NCBI GenBank assembly: GCA_963762565.1
Contig: CAVXLD010000001.1
Span: forward strand, 800,001-864,000
Direction of reading: 5' to 3'
Source of the DNA: an uncultured Verrucomicrobiae bacterium
GTDB lineage: Bacteria; Verrucomicrobiota; Verrucomicrobiia; Chthoniobacterales; JAFAMB01
DNA: 64,000 nucleotides
The translations under genes and the position numbers were made by a program. Positions 1 through 9,661 of this stretch are shown one piece after another (the stretch's first letter is position 1; each line of letters begins with the position of its first letter). The notes beneath the pieces were generated by a model. That model ran no database searches, was not told the origin of the DNA, and saw nothing but the letters and a program-made list of their open reading frames with translations.

Positions 1-1275
1 CACCGAAAGTTGGGCCGCGAACTGGATTTGTTTCACATCGATGAGGATGTTGGTCCCGGCCTGGTCCTTTGGAAGCCAAAGGGAGCAGTGGTCAGACGAG
101 AATTACAAAATTTCATTTCGGAAGAGTTACGCAAGCAGGGGTACACTGAGGTTTTCACACCGCATATTGGCAAACTGAATCTTTACCGAACTTCAGGCCA
201 CTACCCCTACTATCAAGACTCCCAGTTCCCGCCGTTGATCGAGCCGGAGATGCTTCACCATTTGGCAGAAGAGGGGTGTTCCTGTGCGACCCTGTCAAAC
301 ATGCTGAAAGACGGGAGTGTCGAAGGTTTCCTGCTGAAACCGATGAACTGCCCGATGCACATCAAAATTTTTGCATCGTCACCGCATTCATATCGGGATC
401 TGCCGGTTCGGTTAGCCGAGTTCGGAACTGTCTACCGCTGGGAACAGTCTGGCGAGTTAGGCGGCTTGACCCGGGTGCGGGGTTTCACCCAGGACGATGG
501 GCACATTTTTTGTACTGATGAACAACTCCCGGAAGAACTATTCCGCACGCTGGACGTTGGCATCCGGGTTCTTAAGACTCTTGGTCTGACTGACTTTCGC
601 GCCCGCCTTGGGCTGCGAGATCCCGATTCATCTAAGTATGTCGGTGCTCCGGAACAGTGGGACATAGCCGAGGATGCGCTTCGGCAGGTGGCTAAGAACG
701 CCAATATTACCTTTACCGAAGAGCGAGGAGAGGCGGCCTTCTACGGCCCAAAAATCGACTTTGTGGTTAAGGACGTCATCGGCCGGGAATGGCAGCTTGG
801 CACGGTCCAAGTGGATTACAATTTACCCCAACGCTTCGATCTCCACTACGTCGCCAGCGACAATTCACCAAAACGCCCGGTCATGATCCATCGCGCCCCA
901 TTTGGTTCGATGGAGCGATTCTGCGGTGTGTTAATTGAGCATTTCGCCGGCAGTTTCCCGGTCTGGCTGGCTCCGGAGCAGGTCCGAGTATTGCCCATAT
1001 CCGATAAGCACCTTGAATACGCGCGTAAAATCGAGCACATGTTAGTGGAAGTGGGCGTACGGGCCACAGTTTCTGACACTTCGGACAAAATTGGAGCCAA
1101 GATTCGCCTTGCTCAGCTCGACAGGGTTCCTTATATGTTGGTGCTCGGCGCACGAGAAGAACAGGCCGCTAACGTGGCGGTGCGGAGCCGTTCCGGCGGC
1201 GACGAGGGAGTTGTCAGTGCGCAGCAATTCGTGGAAAGGGTTCAGAGAGAAATTAAGGAAAAGAAACTTGAGTGA
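1..1275 (+). CDS. thrS: Threonine--tRNA ligase (5' end outside window)
   Basis: Motifs HRKLGRELDLF, KPMNCPMH, RVRGFTQDDGH, AAFYGPKID, MIHRAPFGSMERF; C-terminal anticodon-binding domain. Confidence 0.98.
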   Translation, partial: HRKLGRELDLFHIDEDVGPGLVLWKPKGAVVRRELQNFISEELRKQGYTEVFTPHIGKLNLYRTSGHYPYYQDSQFPPLIEPEMLHHLAEEGCSCATLSNMLKDGSVEGFLLKPMNCPMHIKIFASSPHSYRDLPVRLAEFGTVYRWEQSGELGGLTRVRGFTQDDGHIFCTDEQLPEELFRTLDVGIRVLKTLGLTDFRARLGLRDPDSSKYVGAPEQWDIAEDALRQVAKNANITFTEERGEAAFYGPKIDFVVKDVIGREWQLGTVQVDYNLPQRFDLHYVASDNSPKRPVMIHRAPFGSMERFCGVLIEHFAGSFPVWLAPEQVRVLPISDKHLEYARKIEHMLVEVGVRATVSDTSDKIGAKIRLAQLDRVPYMLVLGAREEQAANVAVRSRSGGDEGVVSAQQFVERVQREIKEKKLE

Positions 1276-1318
1276 GCGAGCTTTCCAGCTCCCAAGCCCG
1301 CTCTGTAGGAGATAAGCT

Positions 1319-1912
1319 ATTCAGCAACAGCAGATTCGAGTAAACGGCAGAATTCGCGCTCGTGAAGTGCGAGTCATTTTGAGCGCTTCCAACGAACAGT
1401 TGGGAATAATGAAACTCCAGGACGCTTTGCGTCGAGCGCAAGCACTGGGACTGGACTTAGTCGAGGTCGCACCAGGCGCAAACCCTCCAGTTTGCAAGAT
1501 CGTCGACTTCGGCAAGTATCGTTACGATCTTTCCAAACAAGACAAGGACCGTAAATCCACCGGCTCGAGGTTAAAGGAGATCAAGTTCCGCGTTAATATC
1601 GACCCGCATGATTATGGGATTAAGGTGCGGCACGCGGAGGAATTTCTGGACAAGGGAAACAAAGTGAAAGTCCACCTCCAGTTCCGTGGCCGCGAGTTGA
1701 GTCATAAAGAACTTGGGTTCCAGTTAATGCAGCGTCTCAAGGATGACCTTTCCACAATGGGACAGGCGGAAATGGAACCAAAACTAATGGGTAAAAGCAT
1801 AGGGATGACAATCTCGCCGTTACCATCCAATAAACGAAAGAGACGCTTTGCGCCTCCGACGGAAGAGCTTCCTCCCGAACCTGATGATTCGGATTCGGAT
1901 TCGGAGGAATGA
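1319..1912 (+). CDS. infC: Translation initiation factor IF-3, probable ATT start
   Basis: IRVNGRIRAREVRVI, LDLVEVAP, PPVCKIVDFGKY, KEIKFR. SD AGGAGA at 1307-1312, in-frame TAA at 1313, ATT at 1319. Confidence 0.95.
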   Translation: MQQQQIRVNGRIRAREVRVILSASNEQLGIMKLQDALRRAQALGLDLVEVAPGANPPVCKIVDFGKYRYDLSKQDKDRKSTGSRLKEIKFRVNIDPHDYGIKVRHAEEFLDKGNKVKVHLQFRGRELSHKELGFQLMQRLKDDLSTMGQAEMEPKLMGKSIGMTISPLPSNKRKRRFAPPTEELPPEPDDSDSDSEE

Positions 1913-2586
1913 AACTCTTTCTTTTTGATATTGATGGCACTCTTTTGACCACGGATGGGGCCGGCCGCGCCGCTCTGAAATCTGCGGGAGCCGATTTGTT
2001 TGCGATTGAAGAGGACCTGAAAACGATCAGTGTGTCCGGGAGCACCGACACCGCGATCGTGCAAGAGATCCTTCAACACCATGCTCTGGAAGTGTCGACA
2101 GCGAACGTAAACCGCTATTTGGGCGGCTACCTGGTGTGGCTCAGACAACATCTGGCATCTCAATCCGGGGCAATCTTGCCCGGGGTGATCTCTTTTCTAG
2201 GTGTGTTGGCACAGGACGGGCATGCCATCGGGTTACTGACCGGTAACGTCCGGCGCGGCGCGGAGATCAAGCTGACGGCCCACGGCATTTGGGATCGATT
2301 CAGTTTTGGCGCTTTTGGGGACGATCACTCCGATCGAAATCAGCTCGGCCCGATTGCCAAGCGGCGAGCAGAAGCTGCCTTTAATACGGAATTTGCTGAG
2401 CACGACATTTTCGTAATCGGTGATACGCCCAAAGACATTGCCTGTGCGCGGGCATTCGGCGCTGTCGCCGTGGCCGTAGCAACCGGTAGATATTCATCAG
2501 CGAATTTGAGCGAACATCATCCGGATCATCTGTGCCGGGATCTATCAGACAGCAAGGATTTGTTATTTCGGTTTGGGTTGAGGTAG
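1909..2586 (+). CDS. HAD-superfamily hydrolase (phosphoglycolate phosphatase-like)
   Basis: FDIDGTL motif I, LLTGN motif II, IGDTPKD motif IV; ATGA overlap with infC. Confidence 0.9.
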   Translation: MKLFLFDIDGTLLTTDGAGRAALKSAGADLFAIEEDLKTISVSGSTDTAIVQEILQHHALEVSTANVNRYLGGYLVWLRQHLASQSGAILPGVISFLGVLAQDGHAIGLLTGNVRRGAEIKLTAHGIWDRFSFGAFGDDHSDRNQLGPIAKRRAEAAFNTEFAEHDIFVIGDTPKDIACARAFGAVAVAVATGRYSSANLSEHHPDHLCRDLSDSKDLLFRFGLR

Positions 2587-2605
2587 GTGGGAGGCATGGC
2601 ACCTG

Positions 2606-2792
2606 ATCGCCGGGAGGGATCGCTGCCTGTCCGACATAGCCTTCTCTTACTGGTTCCTTTTCTCCCAACTTAGGCGACGTCGGATCCCCGCGATCCGGTG
2701 TGACCGGAGCCGGGCGCGTTCGCCAACGAGGGATCAACCGCACTGGTAGGCCTTGAACGTCTTCGCGGCGCGCGAGGACGCGCGCCCTCCCC
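2606..2792. repeat. Dispersed ~200-bp intergenic repeat (GGGAGGGATCG...CGCGCCCTCCC family)
   Basis: Same ends and internal blocks recur at ~22368-24166 (split by the IS) and ~43507-43716. Confidence 0.75.
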
Positions 2793-2878
2793 AATCAGCG
2801 GCCGATCACGCGGTTCCTTCTGTTGACGCCTTCAAACAGTTGCCGCTCCTGGCAAAGAATGGTAATTAACTAACTCCA

Positions 2879-3202
2879 ATGTCTGCCGAAGTCCTGGAAT
2901 TAAGGGGCGACATCGATCTCAACGAGAAACCGAAAGTCGCAGCTCAGCTCGAGCCTCTGATCGAACGTCGGATCACTGGTATCGTGATCGATCTGACACA
3001 TGTCCCTTATGTGGACAGTTCCGGGCTAGCCATCTTTATCGATGCCCTACAAAGAGTGAAACAATATGGGGGTAGGCTCGCATTGGCGGGTTTGCAAGAT
3101 AACGTCAGGCTCGTATTCCAGATCTCGAAATTAGACAAAGTCTTCAAGATTTTTGACGACTCCCAATCGGCACTGGCAGCAGTCACCGTTCAGCACCAGT
3201 AA
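2879..3202 (+). CDS. STAS-domain anti-sigma-factor antagonist
   Basis: LRGDID, IDLTHVPYVDSSGLA phosphoacceptor motif. Confidence 0.93.
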   Translation: MSAEVLELRGDIDLNEKPKVAAQLEPLIERRITGIVIDLTHVPYVDSSGLAIFIDALQRVKQYGGRLALAGLQDNVRLVFQISKLDKVFKIFDDSQSALAAVTVQHQ

Positions 3203-3228
3203 CAGGCGGTTCACCGGTTTTGGAGATC

Positions 3229-4239
3229 ATGCTTCCTTGGTTTAACAGCCCTTTCTGTCCTCTGTACTTGGCTCCGATGGCGGGGGTCACGGACTCAGTT
3301 TTCCGTCGTCTGTGCAAAGAACAGGGTGCTGACGTGATGGTCTCCGAGTTTGTTTCTGCTGATGGGATCCTCCATCGCAACGAGCGAACCCGTGAGATGA
3401 TCTACTTCCAACCAGTCGAGAGACCGCTTGGCATCCAGCTATTCGGAGGCGACCCGGAAAGAATGGCCGCCGCCGCGCAAGCGGTAGTTGGATGGGTCGA
3501 GCCGGATTTCATCGACCTCAATTTTGGCTGCCCGGTTAACAAGGTGGTCTGTAAACACGGCGGTTCAGCTTTGCTACGGGATTGTCCTTTGCTGGAAAAG
3601 GTTGCGAGCACTGTCGTCCGTAAGCTTCATCCTTTTCCAGTTACCGCGAAGATCCGCTTGGGGTGGGATCAATCCTCGATCAACGCCGAGCAGACCGCCA
3701 AGATTCTGGAAGAAGCAGGTGTTCGAGCAATCGCGATCCATGGACGCACTAAGGACCAAGGTTATTCCGGCGAGGCGGACTGGGATCAAATCGCGCGAGT
3801 GGCTGGCACCGTTTCAGTTCCCGTAATCGGTAACGGCGACCTGCGATCGGTCCCCGATATCGGCCGCCGGATTCGAGAAACCGGAGTACGCGGTTTGATG
3901 ATTGGCAGAGCCGCAATGAACAATCCTTGGATTTTTCGGCAGGCACGCGCGTTCCTGCGATCGGGCACTGTGGTTCCTGAAGTCAGCTTGGAAGAAAAAT
4001 GGGCGCACATCCTAAGACATTGTCGGATGGCGGTCGCCGAAAACGAAGCAGAGGAATTCACCATGGCCAGTATGCGAGGCCGGCTGATGGCCTATTCCAA
4101 GGGTATGCCCAACGGACGACCACTGCGCAGCGAACTGCAGCAGGTGACACGGATCGCACAGCTTGAACAGATCCGAGAAAGGCATCTGCGAGAGAGCAAA
4201 GAAGCGGCGGAGTTAGCGGTCGATCTGTCTGAGGCATAG
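3229..4239 (+). CDS. dusB: tRNA-dihydrouridine synthase
   Basis: LAPMAGVTD, IDLNFGCP, IHGRT, GNGD, MIGRAA. Confidence 0.93.
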   Translation: MLPWFNSPFCPLYLAPMAGVTDSVFRRLCKEQGADVMVSEFVSADGILHRNERTREMIYFQPVERPLGIQLFGGDPERMAAAAQAVVGWVEPDFIDLNFGCPVNKVVCKHGGSALLRDCPLLEKVASTVVRKLHPFPVTAKIRLGWDQSSINAEQTAKILEEAGVRAIAIHGRTKDQGYSGEADWDQIARVAGTVSVPVIGNGDLRSVPDIGRRIRETGVRGLMIGRAAMNNPWIFRQARAFLRSGTVVPEVSLEEKWAHILRHCRMAVAENEAEEFTMASMRGRLMAYSKGMPNGRPLRSELQQVTRIAQLEQIRERHLRESKEAAELAVDLSEA

Positions 4240-4352
4240 GGAGGCCTCGAATTCGTCCGGCAGCACAATCGAACTGCCCATCGCTCGGACGCAAATGCAT
4301 TTGCTATTTGCTATCTGCTATTTGCTATACTAGGAGCCTAGGCGACTAGGTC

Positions 4353-4973
4353 ATGCGGTGTACCCTTCGTTTTGAGAAAGCACTTTATCGAGAAGGTGCG
4401 GAACGAATCGCCGGCATCGATGAAGCCGGTCGAGGACCACTGGCCGGTCCTGTAGTTGCCGCCGCTGTCATTCTTCCTCAAAGATTTTCTCTGTCCGGAT
4501 TGACCGATTCGAAACAGCTCTCGCCGCAGATTCGAGAAGAGTACTACCTTAAGCTCACCGCCAATGAAAAGATCGAGTTCGGCGTCGGTATCGCATCCGT
4601 CGAGGAGATCGACAGGCATAACATCTTGCGTGCGTCCTATCTCGCCATGGAACGAGCGATCTCATCGCTAAGAGCGGCTCCAGGGCATTTGTTGATTGAT
4701 GGACTACCCGTCCCGGTCTTCTCTCTCCCACAGACAGCCATTGTGGGTGGCGATATGAGATCGCTCAGCATCGCAGCTGCTAGCGTCATTGCCAAAGTAA
4801 CCCGGGATCGTATGATGCGAAGCTGGCATGAGGAATTTCCGGTTTACCAATTCTGTGACAACAAAGGATATGGTACGCCAGAACATCTCGCATCCCTTCG
4901 CATGCACGGCCCCTGCCCGCTTCATCGGAGATCATTTGAGCCAGTGGCGCAGACTTATTTCCCGTTTGTATAG
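4353..4973 (+). CDS. rnhB: Ribonuclease HII
   Basis: GIDEAGRGPLAGPV, DSKQL, SIAAASVIAKVTRD, KGYGT. Confidence 0.97.
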   Translation: MRCTLRFEKALYREGAERIAGIDEAGRGPLAGPVVAAAVILPQRFSLSGLTDSKQLSPQIREEYYLKLTANEKIEFGVGIASVEEIDRHNILRASYLAMERAISSLRAAPGHLLIDGLPVPVFSLPQTAIVGGDMRSLSIAAASVIAKVTRDRMMRSWHEEFPVYQFCDNKGYGTPEHLASLRMHGPCPLHRRSFEPVAQTYFPFV

Positions 4974-5382
4974 ACGGCTCCGGTTACGAGGGGCCATAGC
5001 TCCGCACCTTAGACTAGGAAGACAAGGCGAAGCAGCAGCGGAACGCTTTCTAAAGAAACAATCGTTTAAAATCCTTTATCGGAATTTCAGAGCCCGCAGC
5101 GGCGGTGAGATTGACCTCGTCTGCCGCGACCGCAAGGAACAGGTCTTGGTCTTTGTCGAAGTGAAAACGCGGACAAATGAGCTTTTCAGAACGCCCCATG
5201 AAGCGGTTACTTGGCGTAAACGAGCCAGAATCATCCGGGCCGCCAAAGAATGGCTCCGCCTACTCGATCGCCCCGAGGTCCCATTTCGGTTCGATATCGT
5301 CGAGGTCGTAATAAAGCCACAGCAGCAAATTCGCCTGATCAGAGGCGCATTCGAAATGGAGGAAGGCATCTACTCGCCTTAG
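4936..5382 (+). CDS. yraN: YraN/UPF0102 family putative endonuclease (start uncertain, TTG 4936)
   Basis: LGRQGE, GEIDLV, VFVEVKTR, RFDIV; usual rnhB-yraN linkage. Confidence 0.88.
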   Translation: MSQWRRLISRLYRRLRLRGAIAPHLRLGRQGEAAAERFLKKQSFKILYRNFRARSGGEIDLVCRDRKEQVLVFVEVKTRTNELFRTPHEAVTWRKRARIIRAAKEWLRLLDRPEVPFRFDIVEVVIKPQQQIRLIRGAFEMEEGIYSP

Positions 5383-5475
5383 GCTCGTAGAATAGTCGAT
5401 AGCCGATAGCCAATAGCCAACTCAGCAAATGGCGCATTGCTTGGCTATTGGCTATAGGCTATTGGCTATTCTCGA

Positions 5476-6549
5476 ATGAGCCTGGGGCGAATTCGAGATG
5501 TCGACTATCTGATCGTGGGCCAAGGCTTGGCCGGGACTGTCTTCGCGGCACTACTCTTCGAGCGTGAACGATCGTTCGTGGTAGTGGACGATGATCATCA
5601 GACCGCGGCTTCGAAATCTGCTGGTGGCATTATCAACCCGATTACTGGGAAACGCTTGAATCGTCCCGCTATGATCGGCGAGTTGCTGCAGGAAGCGTTT
5701 TCGACTTACCCGATGATTGAGCGGTTGTTGGGCGGTGCCCCCCTCTTCTCCCGACGCAACGTGCTCCGCCTTTTTACTGACGACAGCGAACAACAACGCT
5801 GGGAGATCAAACGGAAGCTCTCAGAACATAAACAGTACGTTAGTCCAACCTATCCCGAGGTCCCAGCGAACCTTGATGACACGCACGGCGGATTCGAGAT
5901 CACTATCGCCGGCCAACTCGATATCCGGCAACTAATCACCCGATTTCGCTCTCTTTTGAAAACGCAAGATCGATTGCTGGAAGTGCCTTTCCATTACGAC
6001 CAGCTCCGGATTTCTTCGACTGCCGTTGAGTGGCGCGATGTCCGCGCCCAGTACGTCATTTTCTGTGAAGGTTATCGCATGCGCCAGAACCCGTACTTCA
6101 ACACGATCAAGCTTAACCCGGCAAAAGGCGAAGTTCTGACCTTGGAAGCACCGGATTTTGGGGATTCGCGAATCATTCAGTGCGGTAAATGGATTTTCCG
6201 CAACCGGTCGGGTGAGATCCTTGCCGGCACTACCTATTCCTGGGATCGGCTGGACGAGGCTCCCACCTATGCGGCTCTAGATCAGATCCGAAAAGGGATC
6301 CAAAGCTTTTGCAAGTTTCACTTCGAAGTGAGAGATCATCGAGCCGGTGTCAGGGCAGTAACCAAGGCCGACAATCGGCCGATTGTCGGAGTTCATCCAA
6401 ATTGGCCGAGACTCGCCATTCTAAATGGGTTCGGCTCTAAGGGCGCCCTGCAGGCGCCATTTTCGGCGCGACAGCTGCTAGAGAATTTGGAGCGGAACGC
6501 GTATCTTCATCCTGAAATTGCTGTATGTCGTCCATCACTTTGGAAATAA
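5476..6549 (+). CDS. FAD-dependent oxidoreductase (DAO/glycine oxidase/MnmC oxidase-like)
   Basis: IVGQGLAG dinucleotide motif, ASKSAGG, KGEVL, GVRA..DNRPIVG, NGFGSKG. Confidence 0.85.
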   Translation: MSLGRIRDVDYLIVGQGLAGTVFAALLFERERSFVVVDDDHQTAASKSAGGIINPITGKRLNRPAMIGELLQEAFSTYPMIERLLGGAPLFSRRNVLRLFTDDSEQQRWEIKRKLSEHKQYVSPTYPEVPANLDDTHGGFEITIAGQLDIRQLITRFRSLLKTQDRLLEVPFHYDQLRISSTAVEWRDVRAQYVIFCEGYRMRQNPYFNTIKLNPAKGEVLTLEAPDFGDSRIIQCGKWIFRNRSGEILAGTTYSWDRLDEAPTYAALDQIRKGIQSFCKFHFEVRDHRAGVRAVTKADNRPIVGVHPNWPRLAILNGFGSKGALQAPFSARQLLENLERNAYLHPEIAVCRPSLWK

Positions 6550-7112
6550 GCCAGGTCCGGTTGACCAGGGTCGCAGCCAACTGGATCACCGCCTCCCTTC
6601 CGGAAGGGGGCTTCGCTGTAGATGCGACCGTCGGAAACGGCTACGACACCCTGTTTTTAGCCGATCGCGTTGGCAAGAACGGAAGGGTTCTTGGCTTTGA
6701 CGTTCAGAAAATGGCGTTGAATAACGCCTCCGAGCTAATCCGGTTCGCGGGGAACCTCGATCGGGTTAGGCTCGTTCTGGGGTGTCACTCGGGACTGGCG
6801 CGGGCCTTGATGGGCTATCCACGAGTCGACGCCGCGATGTTTAACCTCGGCTATTTGCCGCGTGGCGATCGTCGAATCGTGACCAGGCCTTCAACAACCA
6901 TTCCGGCCATCGCCGCCTTGGTCGAGCGACTGGCGCCAAACGGCAGAATCTCGATCATAGCGTATCGAGGCCACCCGGAAGGTCCCGAAGAATATCAGGC
7001 GGTTCGAGATTTCTTAGAGCAAAGAACTGAGCTCGATGTGCGCGAGTTGACCGGCGATCCCGAAAACGAAACCGGACCAAGGCTTTTTCTGGTGAAGCTT
7101 AAGGGTCCCTGA
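6525..7112 (+). CDS. Class I SAM methyltransferase, YtqB/MnmM-like
   Basis: VDATVGNGYDT, FDVQ, MFNLGYLPRGD, YRGHPEG are typical of the YtqB family. Confidence 0.82.
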   Translation: MSSITLEISQVRLTRVAANWITASLPEGGFAVDATVGNGYDTLFLADRVGKNGRVLGFDVQKMALNNASELIRFAGNLDRVRLVLGCHSGLARALMGYPRVDAAMFNLGYLPRGDRRIVTRPSTTIPAIAALVERLAPNGRISIIAYRGHPEGPEEYQAVRDFLEQRTELDVRELTGDPENETGPRLFLVKLKGP

Positions 7113-7441
7113 GAGATGCCAGGGAAGATGCTGGACCTCGCACTGGTAACGTTCCCCGGCGTGGAGTCCGAGTGGACAACTGGACGTAGTAGGCGGGCGT
7201 GGACATTACTAGAGAGATAAGCGCATCCGGCGTCCACTAAGTCTACTAAGTCCACTCCGTCCAGTCCCTTCCGCGCAAACCGCTGTCGGCCAATCAGTTG
7301 ATACGTCATCAAGTGAAAGTTTTCACAAACTCTTTGACTTATTCCCCTTATCGTAGCAAGTAGTGCACGTTAAGTGTTGCTGATGAGGGTTTCACCCGGA
7401 GCGCAAGCTTAGGGTGAGCACAAGTGAAAGGTGAAACCCTT

Positions 7442-7714
7442 ATGGAACACAAAACACTAGATACAGAAGTAGTAGGGACTAAGCGAGTACTGACGTTGAT
7501 CGCCGGGGTTAGCGCGATCCTGAGCGTCGTCGCGGCTGTCATCCGAGGGATCGCTGGATCACAGATACACGATTACTCCCAACCGGTGATCGGGTTTTTG
7601 GGAGTCTTCATGGTCCTCGGTCTATTCGTCGCATTGCTAGCGCTCAATACGCGTCTGCAGGTTGCCTTCGACGAAGCGGAAAATCGTTCGCTAGCGGAAA
7701 ACGCAGAAGGATAA
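7442..7714 (+). CDS. Small hypothetical membrane protein (2 TM)
   Basis: Two hydrophobic segments; SD-like AAGGTG upstream. Confidence 0.55.
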   Translation: MEHKTLDTEVVGTKRVLTLIAGVSAILSVVAAVIRGIAGSQIHDYSQPVIGFLGVFMVLGLFVALLALNTRLQVAFDEAENRSLAENAEG

Positions 7715-7793
7715 CTCCGTGCCAGCAACTAAACCCTCCCCCCGGAACGTGGAGAAGAAACTAGACGCAAGTCGAGAATTAACGGGAGGGAAT

Positions 7794-7997
7794 ATGGATA
7801 TTTTTACACTTCTGATTGCTCGGTCTTTAAGACATCCGTTCAAAGTGAATTTGGAGGGAACAGAGAAGCGGGCGCAGGCTGAGCCGGAACTACCGGCAAT
7901 TGATTTCAGGCTATTGTCGAAAGTTACGCGGGATAACGAGCAGCCAACTCACAGCCGGGAGTCGTTTGCCGGCAGACCAGTCACAGCGACGATGTAA
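7794..7997 (+). CDS. Small hypothetical protein
   Basis: GGGAGGG SD before ATG 7794; no recognisable motif. Confidence 0.4.
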   Translation: MDIFTLLIARSLRHPFKVNLEGTEKRAQAEPELPAIDFRLLSKVTRDNEQPTHSRESFAGRPVTATM

Positions 7998-8074
7998 CGA
8001 ACCCGAGAGCTTCGCCCCGGCGTCGTGAATGCTACCATTTGAGCGAAGCAACCAACATCACAGGCTTACAAAAG

Positions 8075-8101
8075 CCAGCCTCGAGAAAATCTCGAGGCTG
8101 G
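8075..8101. terminator. Hairpin, possible intrinsic terminator
   Basis: CCAGCCTCGAG-AAAAT-CTCGAGGCTGG, perfect 11-bp stem. Confidence 0.5.
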
Positions 8102-8171
8102 TCAGCCCGCTTCTCACGCGCATACATAGGCATTTGTGAGGAACGCAGGCTCGCGTAAAATAAGAGCGCAT

Positions 8172-8750
8172 ATGTCGGTCCTGCGATTCTCAATCCTTTG
8201 CGTTATAACCTGCTGCTCGATCAACGCGCGTGCAGACCAAATTCTCGAGGGGTTTACCGTCCTCAAAGGGGACGGTTACGCGTTCGAGCTGAAGGCCCCA
8301 CTTGGATGGGTGTTAGACGATAAGGTCGGCAACGATCAGGGGATAAACGTCGTCTTCTATCCGGAACACTCGAGCTGGGATAAGGGCGATGCGGTGTGTT
8401 TTGCTAGGGTCCGCAGTTTGGACAGCCGCATAACCAACGTTGAGGACCAAGTGAAAGATACCGTGAAGACTTTGCGCCAGAACGGCAATCCTAAGCTGGA
8501 CGCGAAGTTCATCAAAACCTTAACGACGCAAGACGCCAGCAAAGCTAAGATCTATTACTATTCGGGGGATCAGTTTGGGAACACTGAGGCGACCGCGTAT
8601 ATCCAAGCCAAAGGATCGGTCCACTACATCACGCTTTCGGCCAAAAGCGCGAAAGCTTTTCACGGTGCATTACCGGCTTTTGACGCGCTGGTAACCTCTT
8701 ATGAGGACTTGACCAGACCGCCAGCCGAGGTCAGCTCCTTTTATCGCTAG
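8172..8750 (+). CDS. Exported hypothetical protein
   Basis: N-terminal signal-peptide-like segment ending ARA-D; soluble remainder. Confidence 0.7.
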   Translation: MSVLRFSILCVITCCSINARADQILEGFTVLKGDGYAFELKAPLGWVLDDKVGNDQGINVVFYPEHSSWDKGDAVCFARVRSLDSRITNVEDQVKDTVKTLRQNGNPKLDAKFIKTLTTQDASKAKIYYYSGDQFGNTEATAYIQAKGSVHYITLSAKSAKAFHGALPAFDALVTSYEDLTRPPAEVSSFYR

Positions 8751-8751
8751 T

Positions 8752-9378
8752 GTGATTCTCGAACCACAATGGTTAAGATGGGCGCGAGAATTACAGGCGC
8801 TCGCTCAGACCGGTCTTCATTTCACCACATCAGACTACGACCGCGAGCGCTACCAGCGCATATCCGAGATCGCGGCGGAGATCTTTGCCAGGCAGGGAGA
8901 TATTGATGGGTCCAAGATCCGGACCATATTTGAGGCCCAATCCGGGTACGCCACCCCAAAGGTTGACGTGCGAGCGGCCGTTTTTCGAGACGGGAAGATC
9001 CTGCTCGTGCAAGAGAGATCAGACGGCCTGTGGACGTTACCGGGAGGATGGGCTGACGTAAACGATTCCCCATCTGAAGCGGTAGAGAAAGAGGTCTTAC
9101 AAGAGAGTGGCTTCAATGTCCGCACAGAACGTCTGCTAGCCGTTCTCGACCGGGCAAAACATCCGCATGAGCCTCCTTTCCCCTTTCACATTTATAAGCT
9201 TTTCTTCCTATGCGTGATCGAGAGCGGAGAGGCTACGCCTTCCACAGAAACTGCCAGCGTGGACTTTTTTGATCGGGACGCCTTGCCTCCGCTATCGCTG
9301 TCACGGATCACTCCAGAGCAGATCCGATTTTGTTTTGATGCCGAGTTGAATGGCCCTAAGCCGGCGGCGTTTGATTAA
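8752..9378 (+). CDS. NUDIX hydrolase (YjhB/ADP-ribose pyrophosphatase-like)
   Basis: WARELQALAQTGL N-domain, GYATPKVDVR, Nudix box PGGWADVNDSPSEAVEKEVLQESG. Confidence 0.92.
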   Translation: MILEPQWLRWARELQALAQTGLHFTTSDYDRERYQRISEIAAEIFARQGDIDGSKIRTIFEAQSGYATPKVDVRAAVFRDGKILLVQERSDGLWTLPGGWADVNDSPSEAVEKEVLQESGFNVRTERLLAVLDRAKHPHEPPFPFHIYKLFFLCVIESGEATPSTETASVDFFDRDALPPLSLSRITPEQIRFCFDAELNGPKPAAFD

Positions 9379-9390
9379 AGAGAAAATTGA

Positions 9391-9579
9391 ATGTTCACGG
9401 CGCTTCTCCCCGGGCTAATCATCGTTGCATTTACGATCCTCGCGATTCGCTTTGTGTTGGGCTACTTAGTGCGCCCGGCCGGCTTCAAGCGGCCGCCAAG
9501 GAAGAACTTCGGGATCCGGACCCGCATCGTGCGAGGGTCGGCATACATCGTGAGTCACGTCGCGCATCGTTTGCGGTAG
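9391..9579 (+). CDS. Small hypothetical membrane protein
   Basis: One TM segment with a basic tail, directly after the NUDIX gene. Confidence 0.4.
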   Translation: MFTALLPGLIIVAFTILAIRFVLGYLVRPAGFKRPPRKNFGIRTRIVRGSAYIVSHVAHRLR

Positions 9580-9661
9580 GGAAGCGCGTTAGCGCCTCGT
9601 TCCCGCCCTCGCCGTCGTCCTCGTTCTCGAAGCGTTTGCGACCTGATGCGATGCGCGAACG

